Made by a program: the position numbers and the translations under genes | In this document: positions 48,208 through 52,136 of the stretch, piece after piece | Position numbering within the stretch: position 1 is the first letter of the stretch | How the letters are laid out: each line of letters opens with the position of its first letter | Notes under the pieces: generated by a model | Databases searched by the model: none | What the model was told of the DNA's origin: nothing | The model's input: the letters and a program-made list of their open reading frames with translations, nothing else | Origin: a virus | Taxonomy: Duplodnaviria; Caudoviricetes | DNA length: 52,136 nt | Virus record (IMG/VR): IMGVR_UViG_3300036796_000098 | Span: 1 to 52,136 of that record | Reading direction: 5' to 3' (one strand)

Positions 48208-48903
48208 ACAGGTAATTTAGCAGTTAAGACAGCCCCTGTCACTATGTCCAGCCTTGAGATATCTGAGCTTGTTAAGTCAAGGCATACGGATGTTCGTCGT
48301 TCAATCGAGCGACTGATGCAAAAGGGAATTATTACTAGTGCGCCAATGGCGTTTCTTGCAAATATCAATGGGTTAGGAAAGGTCGTGAAGGTTAAGGCCT
48401 ATCTTCTTGGTAAGCGTGATAGCTATGTTGTTGTTGCTCAGCTGTCACCTGAGTTTACAGGTGCCTTAGTAGATCGCTGGCAGGAGCTTGAGTCGCAAGT
48501 GTCGATGCCATCTCTGCCAAAAAATTACAAGGAAGCTTTGCTTGCTCTGGTCGTTGCGGAAGAGGAAAAAGAAAGGATTTCCATTGAACGTGATGAGGCA
48601 ATCGAAACCAAAGCGTGGATCGGTGAGAAACGTGAAGCCACTGCTATGGCAACTGCATCGGTTGCTGTTCGTGAAAAGAACAAGCTCGCTGAGCGTATTG
48701 GTGAAGGAAAGAAATACGCTGCAATCATTCCTGTAGAGAAAAAAATGGACAGGGAATATAAGTGGCAGCCGTTGCGTAAGTGGTGCCGTGAAAATTGTGT
48801 TGAGCCGCACGATGTCGAAGATAAGCGCTTCGGTACGGTTAAGGCATGGCCGCGAGCGGCATGGATGGCCGTTTATGGCGTGGACCTGAAGAAGCTTTTC
48901 TAA
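48202..48903 (+). CDS. Rha-family antirepressor-like protein
   Basis: TMSSLEISELV..RH...SYVVVAQLSPEFTGALVDRWQELE; LPKNYKEAL. Confidence 0.85.
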   Translation: MLTGNLAVKTAPVTMSSLEISELVKSRHTDVRRSIERLMQKGIITSAPMAFLANINGLGKVVKVKAYLLGKRDSYVVVAQLSPEFTGALVDRWQELESQVSMPSLPKNYKEALLALVVAEEEKERISIERDEAIETKAWIGEKREATAMATASVAVREKNKLAERIGEGKKYAAIIPVEKKMDREYKWQPLRKWCRENCVEPHDVEDKRFGTVKAWPRAAWMAVYGVDLKKLF

Positions 48904-48973
48904 GACCATAAAATATTTTGCTGCTAGCTACAACCACATAGCTCTCTCCGGAGGGCTTTCTCGTATCTAGCAC

Positions 48974-49016
48974 TTGATCAAAACCAACTGATGAAATACT
49001 GTTTATACATACAGTA
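48974..49016 (+). promoter_or_regulatory. SOS promoter with LexA box
   Basis: TTGATC-17-TACTGT; TACTGTTTATACATACAGTA 48997-49016. Confidence 0.88.
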
Positions 49017-49035
49017 TTTACCAGAGGTACCCATC

Positions 49036-49416
49036 ATGGCATTCCCATCCCCGGCAACAGACTACACAGAGCAGCGCGTAAGCCTGGACGCTAAGTGCAT
49101 CACAAGCCCAAGCTCAACATATCTTGTCCGGTCAGGCGACACGCACTGGCGAGCTGGCATCATGAGTGGTGCATATCTCGTCGTAGACAGCGGCCAGAAG
49201 CCCTGCGATGGCTCTATCGTGATAGCGACAGTGCAAGCCGAGTTTCGCGTTCTGCGCTACAAGACGTTACCCAAAGAGCATTTAGAAGACATAGACAATC
49301 CAGATCTAAAATTCGTGATGGATAGCAATTTTGAAGATGATGGGGTATTCGGAGTCGTGACGTGGATTTTGAACGATGCGCGGTCAGGTGAGTTCGATGA
49401 TGTGCCGGTGATGTGA
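49036..49416 (+). CDS. UmuD'-like (HumD-type) S24-fold protein
   Basis: Begins MAFPSPATDY; lacks the UmuD leader and apparently the catalytic Ser/Lys. Confidence 0.8.
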   Translation: MAFPSPATDYTEQRVSLDAKCITSPSSTYLVRSGDTHWRAGIMSGAYLVVDSGQKPCDGSIVIATVQAEFRVLRYKTLPKEHLEDIDNPDLKFVMDSNFEDDGVFGVVTWILNDARSGEFDDVPVM

Positions 49417-49420
49417 AGAC

Positions 49421-49461
49421 AAAAAATTAGCGCAAGATGACGGATGCCGCCTTGCGCTAAT
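49421..49461 (-). terminator. tI/sib element
   Basis: ATTAGCGCAAG/CTTGCGCTAAT stem with a T-run on the minus strand, next to P1 as in lambda. Confidence 0.85.
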
Positions 49462-49471
49462 GCTCTGCTTG

Positions 49472-49625
49472 AGGTCACTAATGATGTGTAAGTAACTGAT
49501 TGTTAGTGACTGGATATGTAGTGTTTAAACGTGTTTTGTAGTGTGTTTGTTGGACAAATTGTTATTCAACGATATGAAAAATAAGCCATTTAACACTTCC
49601 ATGACAGCTTTTTTATACTAAGTTG
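49472..49625 (+). other. attR (P-O-B'): P1, H1, P2, Xis sites and core GCTTTTTTATACTAA
   Basis: AGGTCACTAA 49472, TAAGTAACTGATT 49489, TTAGTGACTG 49503, TGTAGTGT repeats, core 49607-49621, then host-like TTGAGCGAAACGGGAAG. Confidence 0.95.
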
Positions 49626-49673
49626 AGCGAAACGGGAAGCCGATTTGCACAATCGGCCTCATAAAAGATGGGA

Positions 49674-50150
49674 TTAGCTGAACAGAGCGGTAATTGAGGC
49701 GCTGCCTAACGAGTGAAAATGGACGTTAAAGCCGACCAATGCGCCGGAAGCATTTTCATCCACCTCCAGCTTTTCGACGTCCAGCGCGTGGACGGTGAAA
49801 ATATAGCGGTGGGTTTCCCCTTTCGGCGGCGCAGCTCCGCCGTAGCCTGCTTTGCCAAAATCCGTGCGGGTTTGTACGGCGGGTTCCGGCAGCGCGGCTA
49901 AATCAGAGCCTGCTCCCTGCGGCAAGACGCGCGTGTTTGCGGGGAGGTTAGCCACCACCCAGTGCCACCAGCCTGAGCCCGTTGGCGCGTCCGGATCGTA
50001 ACAGGTGACGACGAAGCTTTTCGTGCCCGGAGGCACGTCGTCCCATGCCAGGTGTGGCGAAATGTTGTCCCCCGAGTAGCCCATGCCGTTGAATACGTGG
50101 CGGGCGGGCAGCTTTTCACCTTCTTTAATATCCTGACTAATCAGTTTCAT
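49674..50150 (-). CDS. ybhB: YbhB/YbcL (PEBP/RKIP-like) protein
   Basis: YDPDAPTGSGWWHW; synteny with attB and bioA. Confidence 0.95.
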   Translation of the reverse strand: MKLISQDIKEGEKLPARHVFNGMGYSGDNISPHLAWDDVPPGTKSFVVTCYDPDAPTGSGWWHWVVANLPANTRVLPQGAGSDLAALPEPAVQTRTDFGKAGYGGAAPPKGETHRYIFTVHALDVEKLEVDENASGALVGFNVHFHSLGSASITALFS

Positions 50151-50165
50151 ACCGGTTCCTTGCGA

Positions 50166-50846
50166 CTAGAGATCGAGTAGTTTTAGCAGCTCTTCGGCGG
50201 CAATAGTAGACGAGGCTGGATTTTGGCCGGTAACCAGATGCCCGTCGACCACCGCATACTCGCCCCAGTCGTCGGTGCGTTCGAACAGGCCGCCCGCCTT
50301 TTTCAGCTCATCTTCCACCAGGAAAGGCACGATGGCGGTTAGCCCAACGCCGTCCTCTTCGCTATTGGTAAAGCCGGTGACGCGTTTGCCTTTCACCAGC
50401 GCAGCCCCGTCAGGGGTTTTTACCCGTCGCAGTACCCCCGGCGCGTGACAAACTGCGCCCACAGGTTTGCCTGCCGCCCAGAATTGTTCGATAAGCCTGA
50501 TTGAATGCGGGTCTTCGGCCAGATCCCACAGAGGGCCGTGGCCGCCGGGGTAGAAAACGGCATCAAAATCTTCGGCAGGTAAAGTTGAAAGCTGAAGGGT
50601 ATTAGCCAGTAATTTTTGTGCCGCCGCATCGCTGCGGAAGCGGCGCGTGTCGTCAGTCTGGGCGTCCGGCTCGTCGCTTTTTGGGTCCAGCGGAGGCTGG
50701 CCGCCTTTGGGGGAAGCGAGAGTCACCTCAAGCCCGGCGTCGTGAAAAACGTAGTAAGGCGCGGCAAACTCCTCCAGCCAAAAGCCGGTGGGTTTGCCGG
50801 TATTGCCCAGCTTATTGTGGGATGTCAGTACCATGAGAATTTTCAT
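50166..50846 (-). CDS. DJ-1/PfpI family (class I glutamine amidotransferase-like) protein
   Basis: GFWLEEFAAPY, PGGHGPLWDL, AVCHAP, TGQNPAS. Confidence 0.92.
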   Translation of the reverse strand: MKILMVLTSHNKLGNTGKPTGFWLEEFAAPYYVFHDAGLEVTLASPKGGQPPLDPKSDEPDAQTDDTRRFRSDAAAQKLLANTLQLSTLPAEDFDAVFYPGGHGPLWDLAEDPHSIRLIEQFWAAGKPVGAVCHAPGVLRRVKTPDGAALVKGKRVTGFTNSEEDGVGLTAIVPFLVEDELKKAGGLFERTDDWGEYAVVDGHLVTGQNPASSTIAAEELLKLLDL

Positions 50847-50913
50847 CAGGATCTCCCGGAATGCGTGAAAAGATCCTCGAAGTGTAGTTCATCCTCACCC
50901 GGTGCGGAGGCGA

Positions 50914-52136
50914 TCAGCCTTTGAAAAACGCGGGATTATCAACCGCGCCTGCCACGGCAGCGATGAGTTTATCCAGCTGTTGCGGGCTGATGATATAAGG
51001 CGGCATCAGATAAATCAGGTGGCCAAACGGGCGGATCCACACGCCCTGTTTGACGAAGTAGGCCTGAAGCGCGGCCATCTCTACCGGGGTGCGGGTTTCC
51101 ACTACGCCAATCGCCCCCAGCACGCGAATATCCGCGACCTGCGGGCTTGCGCGCAACGGCTCCAGGCCTTCAAGCAGCTGTTTTTCAATCGCCGCGACCT
51201 GCGTCTGCCAGCCGCCTTCCAGCAGCAGTTCAAGGCTTTCGCCTGCCACCGCGCAGGCCAGAGGATTGCCCATAAACGTTGGGCCGTGCATGAAGCATCC
51301 GGCCTCGCCGTCGCTGATTGTTTCAGCCACATGGCGGGTAGCCAGCGTGGCGGACAGCGTCATAGTGCCGCCGGTTAGCGCTTTGCCCAGGCACATAATA
51401 TCCGGGGCAATTTCGGCATGTTCACAGGCAAACATTTTGCCGGTGCGCCCAAAGCCGGTGGCAATTTCATCGGCAATCAGCAGGATGCCTTCACGATCGC
51501 ACATGCGGCGAATACGCTTCAGCCATTGCGGATGATAGAAGCGCATGCCGCCCGCACCCTGCACGACGGGTTCAAGAATAACGGCGGCAATTTCATGCCG
51601 GTGAGCCGCCATCAGCCGCGCAAACGGCACGATATCCATTTCGTCCCATTCATCGGTAAAACCGCACTGCGGCGCAGGTGCAAAAAGGTGCTCCGGCAGA
51701 TAACCTTGCCACAGGCTGTGCATCGAATTGTCCGGGTCACATACCGACATCGCCCCAAAGGTATCGCCGTGGTAGCCGTGGCGGAAAGTCAGAAAACGCT
51801 GCCGGGGCTCGCCTTTAGCATGCCAGTATTGCAGCGCCATTTTCAGCGCCACTTCTACCGCAACCGAGCCAGAATCGGCCAGGAAAACGCACTCCAGCTG
51901 CTCGGGTGTCATTGCCACCAGCCTGCGGCACAGGGCAACCGCCGCGGGATGGGTGATGCCGCCAAACATCACGTGCGACATCTGGTCTATCTGGGCCTTC
52001 ATTGCCTGGTTCAGGCGCGGATTGTTATAGCCGTGAATCGCCGCCCACCAGGACGACATGCCGTCCACCAGCGCTCTGCCATCGGCTAGGGTTAGCTCGC
52101 AGCCGTCGGCTGAAACAACCGGATACACCGGCAGCG
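50914..52136 (-). CDS. bioA: DAPA aminotransferase (5' end beyond the window)
   Basis: [50 protein letters not shown]. Confidence 0.97.
   Translation of the reverse strand, partial: LPVYPVVSADGCELTLADGRALVDGMSSWWAAIHGYNNPRLNQAMKAQIDQMSHVMFGGITHPAAVALCRRLVAMTPEQLECVFLADSGSVAVEVALKMALQYWHAKGEPRQRFLTFRHGYHGDTFGAMSVCDPDNSMHSLWQGYLPEHLFAPAPQCGFTDEWDEMDIVPFARLMAAHRHEIAAVILEPVVQGAGGMRFYHPQWLKRIRRMCDREGILLIADEIATGFGRTGKMFACEHAEIAPDIMCLGKALTGGTMTLSATLATRHVAETISDGEAGCFMHGPTFMGNPLACAVAGESLELLLEGGWQTQVAAIEKQLLEGLEPLRASPQVADIRVLGAIGVVETRTPVEMAALQAYFVKQGVWIRPFGHLIYLMPPYIISPQQLDKLIAAVAGAVDNPAFFKG

Larger units (their letters stand above)
112..49625. mobile_element. Complete lambdoid prophage with contractile-tail module, integrated at lambda attB
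   Basis: Bounded by a 16-bp direct repeat; int/xis at left; full early, replication, lysis, head and tail modules; host ybhC and ybhB flank it. Confidence 0.97.

Noticed and set aside
50902-52089. Several long plus-strand ORFs opposite bioA
   Set aside because: Antisense shadows of a GC-rich host gene

Overview
The window holds a complete, apparently intact ~49.5 kb temperate prophage of an enterobacterium. It is inserted at the lambda attB site between ybhC (left edge) and ybhB / DJ-1-family gene / bioA (right edge), with a 16-bp identical core TTTTTATACTAAGTTG at 112-127 and 49610-49625. Integration and early control are lambda/P22-like: int, xis, att arms, sib/tI, cIII, kil, N with nutL/nutR, cI/cro/cII, three CII boxes, O-like initiator plus DnaB helicase, nin region and Q. 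The virion module is a contractile-tail type with both a tail fibre and a tailspike. Accessory cargo comprises a C5 methyltransferase encoded in two overlapping frames, a hicAB locus whose toxin has an in-frame amber codon, an acyltransferase-3/SGNH surface acetylase, a P22 immI-like mnt/arc/antirepressor region with two sar-like antisense RNAs, and a LexA-controlled UmuD'-like gene. The most striking observation is a divergent, N-terminally shortened paralog of the phage's own MuF head-morphogenesis protein (46494-46955). It is translationally coupled to the Mnt-like repressor and so is probably made in the lysogen, making it a candidate structural-protein-decoy superinfection/anti-phage system. 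All calls are by-eye motif and synteny recognition; no database searches were run.
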